Shown here: in pieces, positions 27,278 through 37,709 of the stretch
Layout of the letters: each line of letters opens with the position of its first letter
How positions within the stretch are numbered: the first letter of the stretch is position 1
DNA from: an uncultured Verrucomicrobiae bacterium
GTDB taxonomy: Bacteria > Verrucomicrobiota > Verrucomicrobiia > Chthoniobacterales > Terrimicrobiaceae
Reading direction: 5' to 3'
Length of the DNA stretch: 64,000 nt
NCBI GenBank assembly: GCA_963706955.1
Contig: CAVPOC010000010.1
Location: 32,001-96,000 of the forward strand
The notes under the pieces: model-generated
The model's database searches: none
What the model was told of the DNA's origin: nothing
The model's input: only the letters and a program-made list of their open reading frames with translations
Program-made: the position numbers and the translations under genes

Positions 27278-30064
27278 GTGAAGACAACGGCCGATTACAT
27301 CGTTTCAGGGTTTGCTAAGATCGACGCAGACCTGAACTACTTGATGAAGTGCCTCAAGGAAGTTTTGGTCGAGCTGGGTGAGCATAAGGCGGCGGAATTT
27401 TTACCCTGGCAGGAAGGTGGGCAGGCGCACAACATCGATGACCCGCCCCCGCGCATCGAACAGGCGTATTCGATCGCCTTTCAATTGTTGAACATGGTTG
27501 AAGAGAACGCTTCAACCCAGACAAGAAGACTACGGGAGATTGAACACGGCCTGAGCGACGAACCCGGTTTGTGGGGGCAGCAGCTCGCCCAACTCAAATC
27601 AGCCGGCTTTACCGCCGAGGAAATCCTGACGGTGCTTCCCGAAGTGCGGGTCGAGTCGGTGCTGACCGCGCATCCCACGGAGGCCAAGCGCGCCGCCGTG
27701 CTCGAGCAGCATCGCGCCATCTTCCTCCTCCTCACCTCACTCGAACATGAGAGTCTCACCCCTTCCCGCCGGGCAGCGATTCGCGATGAAATCAAGATCG
27801 TTCTCGAGCGCCTCTGGCGAAGCGGTGAAATCTTGCTGGAAAAGCCTGAAGTCGCTTTTGAGCGCCGCGGGGTGATTTTCTATATGCGCGAGGTGTTCCC
27901 GCTTGCCCTCGAGCAACTGGATGAACGCCTCCGCCAAGGCTGGAAGAACACCGGTTTCGATCCTGCGCTTCTTGAAAATCCGCACATCTGGCCGCGCGTG
28001 CGCTTTGGTAGCTGGGTCGGAGGTGATCGCGATGGACATCCTTTCGTGACCGCAAAGGTCACCGAGGAAACGCTCCAGGAGATGCGCCTGAATGCGATGA
28101 TCGTCATTCATCGGCACCTGGAAAAACTTGCCGAAAGACTCCCCCTCTCGAGCAACTTTCAAAAGCCCCCGGAAATACTCGAAGAGGCCATCGCCAAGCT
28201 GCGGGCGGAAAATGCCGGGTCCGAGCCGATCATCCGCCAGCATTCTGACGAACCATGGCGCCAATATGTCATGCTGCTCCAAGCCAAGCTGCCCCTCAGT
28301 ATAGGGATGGGCGATGAGCCCACCACCTTCGCGCGAGCCCTCCATCATTATCGAAGCCCTTACGAACTCGACGAGGATCTCGCGCTGCTCGAAGAGACTC
28401 TGGAGGAAGTCGGAGCAAAACGCCTCGCCGATAGCGCAGTCTGGCCGGTCCGTCGCGCCCTCGACGTCTTCGGATTTCATCTGGCGGCGCTCGACATCCG
28501 TCAAAACAGCAAATTCCACGACCAGGCCATCGTTCAAATCCTTGCCGCCATCGGACAACCCGCGCCAGACTTTGGCGAATGGGAGGAATCCCGCCGGCTC
28601 GAATTTCTCAACCGCGAGCTCCAGTCACCACGCCCGTTTCTCTACCACGGCTCCGAGATCGGCGATCAAGCCGATGCCGTGCTCGCATGCTACGCGGTGC
28701 TGCGCAGACACCTTCGCGAGCACGGACGCGATGGAATAGGCGCGCTCATCGTGAGCATGACGCGTCAACTCTCCGATCTTCTCGTCGTCTATTTGCTCGC
28801 CCGCGAAGCCGGCCTGATGCGCTGGACTTCGGAGGGCCTGCTTTGCACCCTCCCGGTGGTTCCGCTTTTCGAGACGCTGGATGACCTTCAGCGCAGCGCA
28901 GGACTCATCGAGGCGTTTCTTTCCCATCCGGTGACAAAGCGCAGCCTGGCCTTTCACCAGACCGATCGCGCGAAGGTCCTCTCTCTGCCGCAGAGCCGGC
29001 CCGTCCAGCAAGTGATGATCGGCTATAGCGATAGCAACAAGGACTGCGGTATTCTCGCGAGTCAATGGGCACTCCACAAAGCACAGGACGCGATCGCGGC
29101 GGTCGGCAAGAGCCATGGCACGAAGATCCGTTTTTTCCATGGCCGAGGCGGCACGATAAGTCGCGGCGCAGGACCCACTCATCGTTTCCTGGGCGCACTT
29201 CCCCATGGCTCGATTCAGGGAGACATCCGCCTGACGGAACAGGGGGAAACCATCGCGCAGAAATTCGCCAACCTCGTCACCGCCACCTACAATCTCGAAC
29301 TCTTCCTGGCAGGCGTTACTGGATTCACGGCCCGCGAAAAGCGTGCCTCGTCGATGACGACCAAGATCGAGGAGATCTGCGAGGTGCTGGCGCAGTCGAG
29401 CCAGGTGGCCTACTCGGACCTTATCCGAGCCGATGGGTTCATGACCTTTTACTCACAGGCGACGCCGATCGACGCCCTCGAAATTAGCAGCATCGGTTCC
29501 CGGCCATCCCGCCGAACAGGGCAGCGGACGCTCGCTGATCTTCGCGCGATTCCCTGGGTCTTCAGCTGGAATCAAAGCCGCTATTATCTGCCAGGATGGT
29601 ACGGCGTCGGCAGCGCGCTCGAGGCCTTGGTGGCGTCGAGACCTGCGGCCATCAGCGAGCTTCGTGGCCAGCTGAAATCTTCGCCGCTGCTCTACTTTGT
29701 GCTGACCAATGTCGAAACAAATATCGCGAGCGCCGACGAGGATATCATGAGGCTGTACGCCGCGCTCGTTCAGGAATCGGGCGCGCGCGATTCCATTCTT
29801 GGGCTGATTCTGACGGAATTCGAGAAGACGCATCGCATGATGTCGGAGGTCTTCGGCGGGAGTCTGGAGGCTCGTCGGCCGCGTATGCTCAAGACTCTTC
29901 GCCTTCGTGCCAATGCGCTGCGCGTCTTGCACGAACAGCAAATCCAGCTCCTCGCGCAATACCGCGCCGCCAAGGCCGCGGGCTCGGCCGACACGAAAAA
30001 GCTCCTCCCGAAAGTGCTTCTCTCCATCAACGCGATTGCCAGTGGCCTGCGCACGACCGGCTAG
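27278..30064 (+). CDS. ppc: Phosphoenolpyruvate carboxylase
   Basis: VLTAHPTE, WVGGDRDG, VMIGYSDSNKD, FHGRGG, LRAIPWVFSW, C-terminal GLRTTG. Confidence 0.95.
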   Translation: MKTTADYIVSGFAKIDADLNYLMKCLKEVLVELGEHKAAEFLPWQEGGQAHNIDDPPPRIEQAYSIAFQLLNMVEENASTQTRRLREIEHGLSDEPGLWGQQLAQLKSAGFTAEEILTVLPEVRVESVLTAHPTEAKRAAVLEQHRAIFLLLTSLEHESLTPSRRAAIRDEIKIVLERLWRSGEILLEKPEVAFERRGVIFYMREVFPLALEQLDERLRQGWKNTGFDPALLENPHIWPRVRFGSWVGGDRDGHPFVTAKVTEETLQEMRLNAMIVIHRHLEKLAERLPLSSNFQKPPEILEEAIAKLRAENAGSEPIIRQHSDEPWRQYVMLLQAKLPLSIGMGDEPTTFARALHHYRSPYELDEDLALLEETLEEVGAKRLADSAVWPVRRALDVFGFHLAALDIRQNSKFHDQAIVQILAAIGQPAPDFGEWEESRRLEFLNRELQSPRPFLYHGSEIGDQADAVLACYAVLRRHLREHGRDGIGALIVSMTRQLSDLLVVYLLAREAGLMRWTSEGLLCTLPVVPLFETLDDLQRSAGLIEAFLSHPVTKRSLAFHQTDRAKVLSLPQSRPVQQVMIGYSDSNKDCGILASQWALHKAQDAIAAVGKSHGTKIRFFHGRGGTISRGAGPTHRFLGALPHGSIQGDIRLTEQGETIAQKFANLVTATYNLELFLAGVTGFTAREKRASSMTTKIEEICEVLAQSSQVAYSDLIRADGFMTFYSQATPIDALEISSIGSRPSRRTGQRTLADLRAIPWVFSWNQSRYYLPGWYGVGSALEALVASRPAAISELRGQLKSSPLLYFVLTNVETNIASADEDIMRLYAALVQESGARDSILGLILTEFEKTHRMMSEVFGGSLEARRPRMLKTLRLRANALRVLHEQQIQLLAQYRAAKAAGSADTKKLLPKVLLSINAIASGLRTTG

Positions 30065-30255
30065 GTCGCGTCAAGGCGGAGCGCGCCTGATCATCACTTC
30101 GAGAAATTTGTAGAGCGCTGTGCGAATCGCTGACGAACTCCTGCATTCTTGGCTACATCATTTTTATTGTCCCCACTGCCGTCAGGCCCTAAGCGCCGCT
30201 ACCCCGAAACAAAATGCTGGGCTTATGCGACGCCGTGCTATTTTCCTGCTTATTC

Positions 30256-31380
30256 ATGGCCACGCTTGCGACCACAGTCGACGGACTCAACCTGCCTAAT
30301 CCCTTCCTGATTGCCGCGGGTCCGCCCGGAACGAACCTCAATGTCATTCAGCGGGCATTTCGGGAAAAATGGGGCGGGGTCATTGCCAAGACGATCAGCC
30401 TCGACGCCTCCAAAGTCGTCAATGTCACGCCACGTTACGCGAAACTCTACTCCAACGATCGCAGTGAAATTTTCGGCTGGGAAAACATTGAGCTGATCAG
30501 CGATCGACCGTTCGAGATCTGGCTGGAAGAGTTCAAGCGCTGCAAGGATCAAAACCCCGATGGCGTCCTGATCGCCTCCATCATGGAGGAGTATCGACGC
30601 GACGCATGGATCGAGATCGTCGAACGCTGCCAGGAAGCCGGCGTCGATGGGTTCGAGCTCAACTTCTCGTGCCCACACGGCTTGCCCGAACGTAAGATGG
30701 GCTCAGCCATGGGAGAAGATCCCGAGATTCTTCGAGAGGTTTGCGGATGGGTGATGGACGTTGCCAGAAAGCCGGTCTGGGCGAAAATGACTCCGAATAT
30801 CACCCATATCGAAGAACCTGCGCGCGCGGCGCTTCAAGCGGGCTGTCACGGAATTAGCGCCATCAACACAATTCGCTGCGTCATGGGTGTGAATCTCGAG
30901 ACCCTCCGCCCCGAACCGAGCGTCGGAGGACGGACGACCCCTGGGGGATACTCTTCGAAGGCCATCAAGCCGATCGCTCTGCGCATGTGCATGGAGCTCG
31001 CCACCATGATCCGGAGCGAATTCGCGGGTCGATCCCTTTCCGGCCTTGGTGGGATCGAAACCGGCAGCGACGCTGCTGAGTTCATCCTGCTCGGAGCAAA
31101 CACGGTTCAAGTCTGCACCGGCGTGATGAAGTTTGGTCACGAGTTGATTGAGCCGCTCTGCGAGGCCCTGCTCGCCTTCATGGAAAAGCACAAGTTTGAG
31201 ACGCTGGATGATTTTCGCGGTCACAGCCTTAACTACTTTACCTCTCACGCAGAGCTCGTCCGCAGTCATGAAGAACGCCAGCCGGGACGCCAAGGCCCAG
31301 CCCGAGACCGTGGCATCAGAGCGGACGGTGACTGGAGCCACGAAAAGTTCGTCGAGCAATCCGCCACCCTGAGCCGTTAA
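30256..31380 (+). CDS. preA: Dihydropyrimidine dehydrogenase FMN subunit (PreA; plant PYD1-like, no Fe-S tail)
   Basis: PNPFLIAAGPPGTN, GWENIELIS, ELNFSCPHG, WAKMTPNIT, SAINT, VQVCTGVM; no C-terminal CxxCxxC cluster motif. Confidence 0.88.
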   Translation: MATLATTVDGLNLPNPFLIAAGPPGTNLNVIQRAFREKWGGVIAKTISLDASKVVNVTPRYAKLYSNDRSEIFGWENIELISDRPFEIWLEEFKRCKDQNPDGVLIASIMEEYRRDAWIEIVERCQEAGVDGFELNFSCPHGLPERKMGSAMGEDPEILREVCGWVMDVARKPVWAKMTPNITHIEEPARAALQAGCHGISAINTIRCVMGVNLETLRPEPSVGGRTTPGGYSSKAIKPIALRMCMELATMIRSEFAGRSLSGLGGIETGSDAAEFILLGANTVQVCTGVMKFGHELIEPLCEALLAFMEKHKFETLDDFRGHSLNYFTSHAELVRSHEERQPGRQGPARDRGIRADGDWSHEKFVEQSATLSR

Positions 31381-31442
31381 TAGCGGTTCATCTCTGGCGC
31401 GCACGATCCCGTCACAAAAAAGCGTTTCCCATGATATGCCCT

Positions 31443-31641
31443 CGAAACCGAACGTTCCGGGGAGCATACCCGTCTCCGGGTGCTACCGCCCGGCGTCTCG
31501 CCGGGCACACGGCACACATCGGCTTGACGAAGGTCACCATTTTTATAACCAAACCTCTGCCGCAATATTGTCGACTTGATCCTCCAGGCGTTGTCCGGCG
31601 GGGACGCCGGCCAATAACACGCGAGGACGCGTGTGCTCCCC
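31443..31641. repeat. About 200 bp palindrome-ended element (family C), copy 1
   Basis: ggggagcatacccgtctccgggtg...cacgcgaggacgcgtgtgctcccc terminal inverted repeats; direct-orientation homologue at 32872-33062. Confidence 0.85.
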
Positions 31642-31708
31642 GATCCCTCCGCTTGAGTGCTAACGCGCGCAACCGTCGCGACGTTTACAACGGCATCTGC
31701 GCGCACAG

Positions 31709-31768
31709 TTGGGGAAGCCCTTGTCGCAAAGGGCTCCCATCAGGCGGTTAGCACAACCAACTCTACAA
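31709..31768. repeat. Degenerate REP doublet, family B
   Basis: gcccttgtcgcaaagggc...caggcggttagcacaaccaactctacaa resembles 41641-41700. Confidence 0.65.
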
Positions 31769-31834
31769 ATTTGCTCGCACTCGCCAAAAAATTGCTAATC
31801 GCATCTTGCCTGCAGAGTCGGTAATCGAAACTTG

Positions 31835-32827
31835 ATGACTCACCACGCCTCGCCGGATCGATACGGAACGATGAAGTATGCTCGCTGTGGTCGCAGCGGC
31901 TTAATGCTCCCACGCATTTCACTCGGCTTGTGGCACAACTTCGGTGACGTCGATCGCTACGCGATCGCTCGTGACGTCGTTCTGCGCGCTTTTGATCTAG
32001 GGATCACCCACTTCGATCTGGCCAATAACTACGGCCCGCCGCCGGGCTCGGCTGAAACCAATTTTGGCCGAACGTTGCGTGACGACCTCCAAGCCTATCG
32101 CGATGAGATCGTTGTCTCAACCAAGGCCGGGTATCTCATGTGGCCTGGTCCATATGGCGAATGGGGGTCTCGCAAGAATCTGCTCGCCAGTCTCGACCAA
32201 AGCCTCAGGCGCATGCGACTCGACTACGTCGATATTTTCTATTCGCATCGGCCTGATCACCAAACGCCCCTCGAAGAGACAATGGGAGCACTGGCGCAAG
32301 CGGTGCGCAGCGGCAAAGCTCTCCACGCTGGAATTTCGAACTATCAACCAGCTGATGCCCGCAAGGCTGCCGCATTGCTTCGCAGCCTTGGCACACCTTG
32401 TTTGATCCATCAACCGTCCTACAGCATGCTGAATCGCTGGATCGAGGACGGCCTCACGACCGTCCTCGAGGAAGAAGGCGTTGGCTGTATCGTCTTTTCG
32501 CCGCTCGCTCAAGGACAGCTCACCGGCCGCTACCTCAGGGAAATTCCGGCCAACTCACGTGCAGCCCGAGGCGGTTTCTTGAAAGCGGATCAGGTCCGCA
32601 ATAATCTGCCAAAAGTTCAGGCCCTCAGCCAAATCGCGGAAAGACGCGGACAGTCGCTCGCACAAATGGCGATCGCCTGGGTTCTGCGCTTGCCGGCGGT
32701 GACCTCCGCGCTCCTCGGCGCCAGCTCGACCGCCCAACTCGAAGAAAATCTTAAAGCCCTCGATCACCTCGACTTTTCAAGCGAAGAACTCACGGAGATT
32801 GAGTCCGCCCTGCGCATTGAATCTTAG
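31835..32827 (+). CDS. Aldo-keto reductase (YghZ/MgrA, L-glyceraldehyde 3-phosphate reductase-like)
   Basis: SLGLWHNFG, FDLANNYGPPPGSAE, STKAGYLMWPGPYGEWGSRK, DIFYSHRPD, IHQPSYSM. Confidence 0.92.
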   Translation: MTHHASPDRYGTMKYARCGRSGLMLPRISLGLWHNFGDVDRYAIARDVVLRAFDLGITHFDLANNYGPPPGSAETNFGRTLRDDLQAYRDEIVVSTKAGYLMWPGPYGEWGSRKNLLASLDQSLRRMRLDYVDIFYSHRPDHQTPLEETMGALAQAVRSGKALHAGISNYQPADARKAAALLRSLGTPCLIHQPSYSMLNRWIEDGLTTVLEEEGVGCIVFSPLAQGQLTGRYLREIPANSRAARGGFLKADQVRNNLPKVQALSQIAERRGQSLAQMAIAWVLRLPAVTSALLGASSTAQLEENLKALDHLDFSSEELTEIESALRIES

Positions 32828-32871
32828 CGCCGAGGGCTTCAGCGAATCGCATCCAAAGGCTGAGTTTGCCA

Positions 32872-33062
32872 CGAAACCGAGCGTCTGGGGAGCACACCCG
32901 TCCCCGGGTGTGGTGCACGGCGTCTCGCCGGGCACACGGCGTTCGCTACAATGAAGGTACCCTTTGTATCGCCAGACCGCTGACGCAATGTCGTCGACCT
33001 GATCCGAGGCGTTGTCCGGCGGGGACGCCGGCCAATTACACGCGAGGACGCGTGTGCTCCCC
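32872..33062. repeat. About 190 bp palindrome-ended element (family C), copy 2
   Basis: ggggagcacacccgtccccgggtg...cacgcgaggacgcgtgtgctcccc; shares internal blocks (cggcgtctcgccgggcacacggc; ggcgttgtccggcggggacgccggccaat) with copy 1. Confidence 0.85.
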
Positions 33063-33136
33063 AAGCCACTGCCCGCGCGGCGGGCACGCAAAAAGCGACC
33101 TTGTTTCCTCGCGGAACTTCGATAAAGGCAACTCCG

Positions 33137-34516
33137 ATGGCCCTGTTGATCAAGAACGGAGAAATCATCACTGCGGACTCGCGCTACGTCGCCGACATCT
33201 GGTGCGAAGGCGAGACAATCACCCGCATTGACCACAATATTCAGGCGCCGGTTCGGGGCGCCGAGGTCATTGATGCTTCTGGCAAATATGTCTTCCCCGG
33301 ATTCATCGACCCACACACCCACATCTATCTTCCCTTCATGGGCACGTTCTCGAAGGACGACTATGAAACGGGAACGAAAGCGGCCCTCGTCGGCGGCACG
33401 ACCACGATCTTCGACATGTGCTGCCCGTCACGCGCTATGGAGCCGAGCGAAGGGTTTGCAACCTGGAAGGCACAGGCGCACGGAAAAGCCGCCTGCGACT
33501 ATTCGTTCCACATGGGAGTGACACGCTTCGATGGCCATTCTGCCGCTCAGCTGAGAGAGATCGTCGCGGCCGGAGTCCAGTCGTTCAAGATCTTCCTGGC
33601 CTACAAGGGGGCCTTCGGAATTGACGACAGCGAACTTTATCAAACACTGAAACTGGCGAAGGAGCTCGGAGTTGTAACTACCGCGCATTGCGAAAACGAA
33701 ACTCTCGTCGCCGAAACGCAAAAAGAGCTTCTCACGCGCGGAACTTCCGGACCGGAAGGGCATCACGACAGCCGCCCTCCGCGGGTGGAAGCCGAAGGTG
33801 TGAATCACCTCATGAGCTTCGCCGAAATGACCGGAGCCCCGGTATATATCGTGCACCTCAGTTGCCGTGAGGCCCTCGAGGAAGCTATTCGCGCGCGCCT
33901 GCGCGGCGTTCAGGTATGGGTGGAGACGCTGATCCAATATCTGCTGCTCGATAAATCGCATGCGGAACTGCCAGAGTTTGAGGGAGCGAAATTCGTGATG
34001 TCCCCTCCCCTGCGCGACAAGGCAAACCAGCCCGTCCTTTGGAATGGTTTGCGCCAAGGTCTGATAAATACCGTCGGCACCGATCACGCCCCATTCGATT
34101 TTTCAGGTCAGAAGGTGATGGGCCGCGATGACTTCACCAAAATCCCAAATGGCATTCCGGCGTTAGAGGATCGGGTCAATCTTCTCTATACCTACGGCGT
34201 CAAGACCGGCCAATTTGACCTGCACACGTTCGTCAAGATCGCCAGCACCAACGCGGCAAAAATTTTTAACCTTTTCCCGCGCAAAGGCACGATCCAGCCG
34301 GGCAGCGACGCGGATTTGGTCATCTACGATCCAACTCATCGCGGGAAACTCTCCGCGGCGACGCACCTGATGAACATCGACTACAACGCGTTCGAAGGCT
34401 GGCCGATCGAAGGCAGACCATCTGTCGTCACCGTGCGCGGCGAAGTGGCTGTGCGCGACGGAAGTTTCGTCGGCACCGTCGGCCGCGGACAGTTCTTGCA
34501 GCGACCGACGCATTGA
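33137..34516 (+). CDS. hydA: Dihydropyrimidinase (D-hydantoinase)
   Basis: PGFIDPHTH, GGTTT, SFKIFLAYKG, HCEN, YIVHLS, MSPPLR, GTDHAPF, IPNGIP. Confidence 0.93.
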   Translation: MALLIKNGEIITADSRYVADIWCEGETITRIDHNIQAPVRGAEVIDASGKYVFPGFIDPHTHIYLPFMGTFSKDDYETGTKAALVGGTTTIFDMCCPSRAMEPSEGFATWKAQAHGKAACDYSFHMGVTRFDGHSAAQLREIVAAGVQSFKIFLAYKGAFGIDDSELYQTLKLAKELGVVTTAHCENETLVAETQKELLTRGTSGPEGHHDSRPPRVEAEGVNHLMSFAEMTGAPVYIVHLSCREALEEAIRARLRGVQVWVETLIQYLLLDKSHAELPEFEGAKFVMSPPLRDKANQPVLWNGLRQGLINTVGTDHAPFDFSGQKVMGRDDFTKIPNGIPALEDRVNLLYTYGVKTGQFDLHTFVKIASTNAAKIFNLFPRKGTIQPGSDADLVIYDPTHRGKLSAATHLMNIDYNAFEGWPIEGRPSVVTVRGEVAVRDGSFVGTVGRGQFLQRPTH

Positions 34517-34710
34517 TTGTCTTCACTGTGTCCCCCGGGCGCCGAGGCGGGTCCGCGGTGGGTTCGTTAGGCGCGCGCGGATCCAGTTGCACCGAATTCG
34601 CGCTTCGTCAGGTGCATTCGTTAGTTAGGCACGGCTCGCGCCCTACTGCGCGTCATTGTTTCACAGTCGCAAGTCTTTTTAACAGGCCATATTTTATTCG
34701 GATCCTCGGA

Positions 34711-35710
34711 ATGACTACCCTCACCCAGGCGGATGTTATTGTGATTGGTGCAGGACTCAGCGGTCTGCTGGCCGCGCGCAAGCTCGACGCGAGCGGTTAT
34801 CGCGTTGTCGTTTTGGAAAAGGGAAGCGGAGTGGGAGGGCGGCTCGCCACGTGCCGGATGGACGAAGCCGTGTTCGACCATGGGGCGCAATATTTCACGG
34901 TTCTGGACCCGGCTTTCGATAATCTCGTCCAGGATTGGCAGGAGAGGAGGTTAGTGCGGCTTTGGGCCACAGGATTCACCCTGCCCGATGGCACCTTGAA
35001 GCGCGATGGACAGGAACGGTTCTGCTGCGTTTCTGGAATGTCGGGCCTTGCCAGGCATTTGGCCGAAAAACTTGATGTTCGCCTCAACGCCGCGGTTGCC
35101 CACGTCGCAGCCGAAAGTAACGCATGGAAGCTCACCGTGGAGAATGCCGAACCATTTGCTGGGCCGGGCCCTGCTTTTGACACCTCCCGTTCCGCAGAGC
35201 CTTAAGCTCCTGGCCATGGGAAGCACGCCGTTGCCTAAAGCCATCAGAAGGGAACTCCAGCAAATCGAGTATGTTCCGTGTCTTGCCCTGCTGGTTTATC
35301 TCTCTGGGGCAAGCATGGTCCCCGATCCGGGAGGGCTCTGGTTTCCCGGCGAGCCCGTTCGCTGGATCGCCGACAATCATCGCAAAGGAATATCCCCGGG
35401 ATCCAACGGGGCACTAACGATTCATGCAGGAACGGACTATTCCAGGCAAAATTGGAAGACTTCGGCACGGAGAGTAACAGAAGAGTTGCTCGCGGCGGTG
35501 GCTCCTTGGTTGGGGACGACACCCGTCCAGACGCATTTGCATCGTTGGCGGTACAGCCAGCCAATCTCGGTTTATCCTGAGCGCTGCCTGACGGTGAAGT
35601 CACCAGCGCCCCTCGTCTTTGCCGGTGACGCCTTCGGTGGTCCTCGCGTCGAAGGGGCGGTCCTCTCCGGCTTGGCTGCCGCCAGCGCGTTGAACGAACT
35701 CCTAAGTTAA
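34711..35710 (+). CDS. Renalase-like FAD-dependent oxidoreductase; frameshift near 35160
   Basis: VIGAGLSG, EKGSGVGGRLAT, FDHGAQYFT, then in another frame LTPPVPQ, HRWRYSQP, GDAFGGPRVEGAVLSG. Confidence 0.85.
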
Positions 35711-35771
35711 GCAAACAACGAGCACAAACTTCGGCTAGCCTGATGGGCTGGAGCTATGGCGACGCAAGTGT

Positions 35772-36560
35772 CTATTTCTTCGAGAGAAGCGCGATAGCGC
35801 GCAGAGGACCGCCAGTCCCATTGCCGATTTTCATGGGCAGAGCGACGACGATCGCGCCTTCGTCCGGCAGTTTGTCGAGGTTGGTCAGATTCTCGAAAGC
35901 TGGAACGTTCGCGGCAGCCGTGAGCTGATGCACAACGAAGTCTTTCGAGGGCCCGTGGTCAATGCTTGCGGTGTCGACGCCGATGGCGGCAACGTTGCGC
36001 TCCTCGACGAGGAACTTCGCCGCTTCCAATCCGAAGGAAGGGAAGTGGAGCTTGCTTGCGTCGCCCGGTGTATCGTCGCCGAAGTAGCGCTTGCGGTCGG
36101 GATACCGGTTGCTCCAACCCGTGCGCAGCAGGACGATCGTGCCCGGGGCGATCTTCGCGTGCGCTTTTTCCCAAGCTTCGATGTCCGCCACGGTGAGACG
36201 GTAATCGGCGTCCACGTCAGCCTTCGCAGACACGTCAATGACGATCGCCTGTGCGACAAGCTTGTCGAGCGGCACCGTCGCCGACGAGTGGCCGCCTTCG
36301 GAAAAATGGATCGGCGCATCCAGATGCGTCCCGCCGTGCTCCGGCCCGCAGAACGCGGCCGCGCTGTAGAACCAGCCGCCTTGTGTCTTTCCTTTGGTCA
36401 GCATCTTATGCTCGAACCCGGTTGGAGACGTTGGCCAATACAGCGTCTTCTCGTCGAAGGTGTGAGTGAGATCAATCATCTCGGTTCGAGCGGGATCGAA
36501 CAGCAACGCGGCGGCAATCAGGAGTCCAGGCATGGTCGACATCCGTGTACAATCGGTCAA
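35772..36560 (-). CDS. Cyclase family metallohydrolase (kynurenine formamidase-like), possibly exported
   Basis: IDLTH, EHGGTHLDAP, LLRTGW, GVDTASID, ENL, ALPMKI..GTGGPLRAIA. Confidence 0.88.
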   Translation of the reverse strand: MTDCTRMSTMPGLLIAAALLFDPARTEMIDLTHTFDEKTLYWPTSPTGFEHKMLTKGKTQGGWFYSAAAFCGPEHGGTHLDAPIHFSEGGHSSATVPLDKLVAQAIVIDVSAKADVDADYRLTVADIEAWEKAHAKIAPGTIVLLRTGWSNRYPDRKRYFGDDTPGDASKLHFPSFGLEAAKFLVEERNVAAIGVDTASIDHGPSKDFVVHQLTAAANVPAFENLTNLDKLPDEGAIVVALPMKIGNGTGGPLRAIALLSKK

Positions 36561-36889
36561 GTTCCGCGGCGAGCAACCGCAATGAAGACGCCCTTGGTGA
36601 GGCTTTCAGAGAAGGTGCCGCCTGCCTGATCCAGGTCGCCAGCTGGCTTCTCCGCGATCTGTCCGACTCGCAAAATTCAGGGAGCGCACGTCCTTGAACT
36701 GGCCAACGGGGAGTGCTTGCTCCTTCTCGGTTTTCCGAAACCCGCTCCCTGGCTAGCGAAGCGCATCACGAAGAGTTCTGGCGTCGACATCGTCATGATC
36801 ATCATCATCGTCATCTAAACGGCGATTGGGGACCCGCCCGCAACGAAGGCGCGTAGCCCCCTGCGGGCGTGACATCGTCGCCACAGTTC

Positions 36890-37709
36890 TTAACCCTTGA
36901 TAGCGCCCTCGGTCATTCCTTTGACAAAGAGCCGCATCGAAAAGGTGAAGAGGATGATTACCGGAATGCTGGCGATCGCGTAGCCAGCCATGAGGGGACC
37001 AAAGAACTTGATGTATTCTCCCGCGAGGCGTTGAAGCTGGACCATTACCGGCAGCGAGTCGGCATCCCGAATGACGATCAGCGGAAGGACAAATTCGTTC
37101 CATTCAGAGATGAAATGCATCACTCCCACAGTTCCGAGAATGGGTCCGCAGAGAGGGAGCACGACCATCCACATTTGCTGAAAGTGGTTGGCGCCATCGA
37201 TCTCAGCGGCCTCGAAGAGATCTTGCGGAATATCGGCAACAAAATTTCGCAAGACGAAGATGGCAAAAATCTGTCCCGCGGACGTTCCGACGATGATCAG
37301 CGCAGCGAGTGTGTTGAGCAGGTTGAGGTCAGCGAGCAGCCGAAAGAGCGGAACAAGGTTGGCGACCGAAGGCATCATCAATAAGACCAGCAAGGCATTC
37401 CAGAAGAAGCTGGAAAGGGGCATGCGCAACCTCGCAAAGAAATAGGCGCCGGACAGCGCAAAGAACAGGGTGAGCGCCGTGCCAAGCGTCGAGATGAAGA
37501 TGCTGTTGGCCACACTGGGCGAGATGATGTTCCAGGCAGCGACCCAATTGTGCCAGTGAAACGGCTCCGTCAGCCGTCCCGGGTGCCTCATAGAACTGCT
37601 GATTGGTTTTTAGGCTGACGACCAAAATCAGATAGACGGGGAGGAACGCACACGCGAGCACCGCCCAGATCGCTGCGTGCTTGAAGCCTCGCAGGAACCA
37701 GCCAGTCAC
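36890..37709 (-). CDS. Carbohydrate ABC transporter permease (MalG-like); frameshift near 37585
   Basis: N-part in ORF 37329-37709 (LPVYLILVVSLKT) joins NSIFIS, IPQDLFEAAEIDGAN (EAA loop), WNEFVLPL, GMTEGAIKG. Confidence 0.85.

Noticed and set aside
31377..31751. ORFs here and at 32777-33322 that resemble each other
   Set aside because: The similarity comes from translating the family C repeats, not from real paralogous genes.
34628..34646. Lone GTAGGGCGCGAGCCGTGCC (minus strand) as another REP family
   Set aside because: Only one weakly palindromic copy in the window.
36785..36820. GAT/GAC trinucleotide run (DDDDDHDD)
   Set aside because: Single short low-complexity tract in an intergenic region; no supported ORF or second copy.
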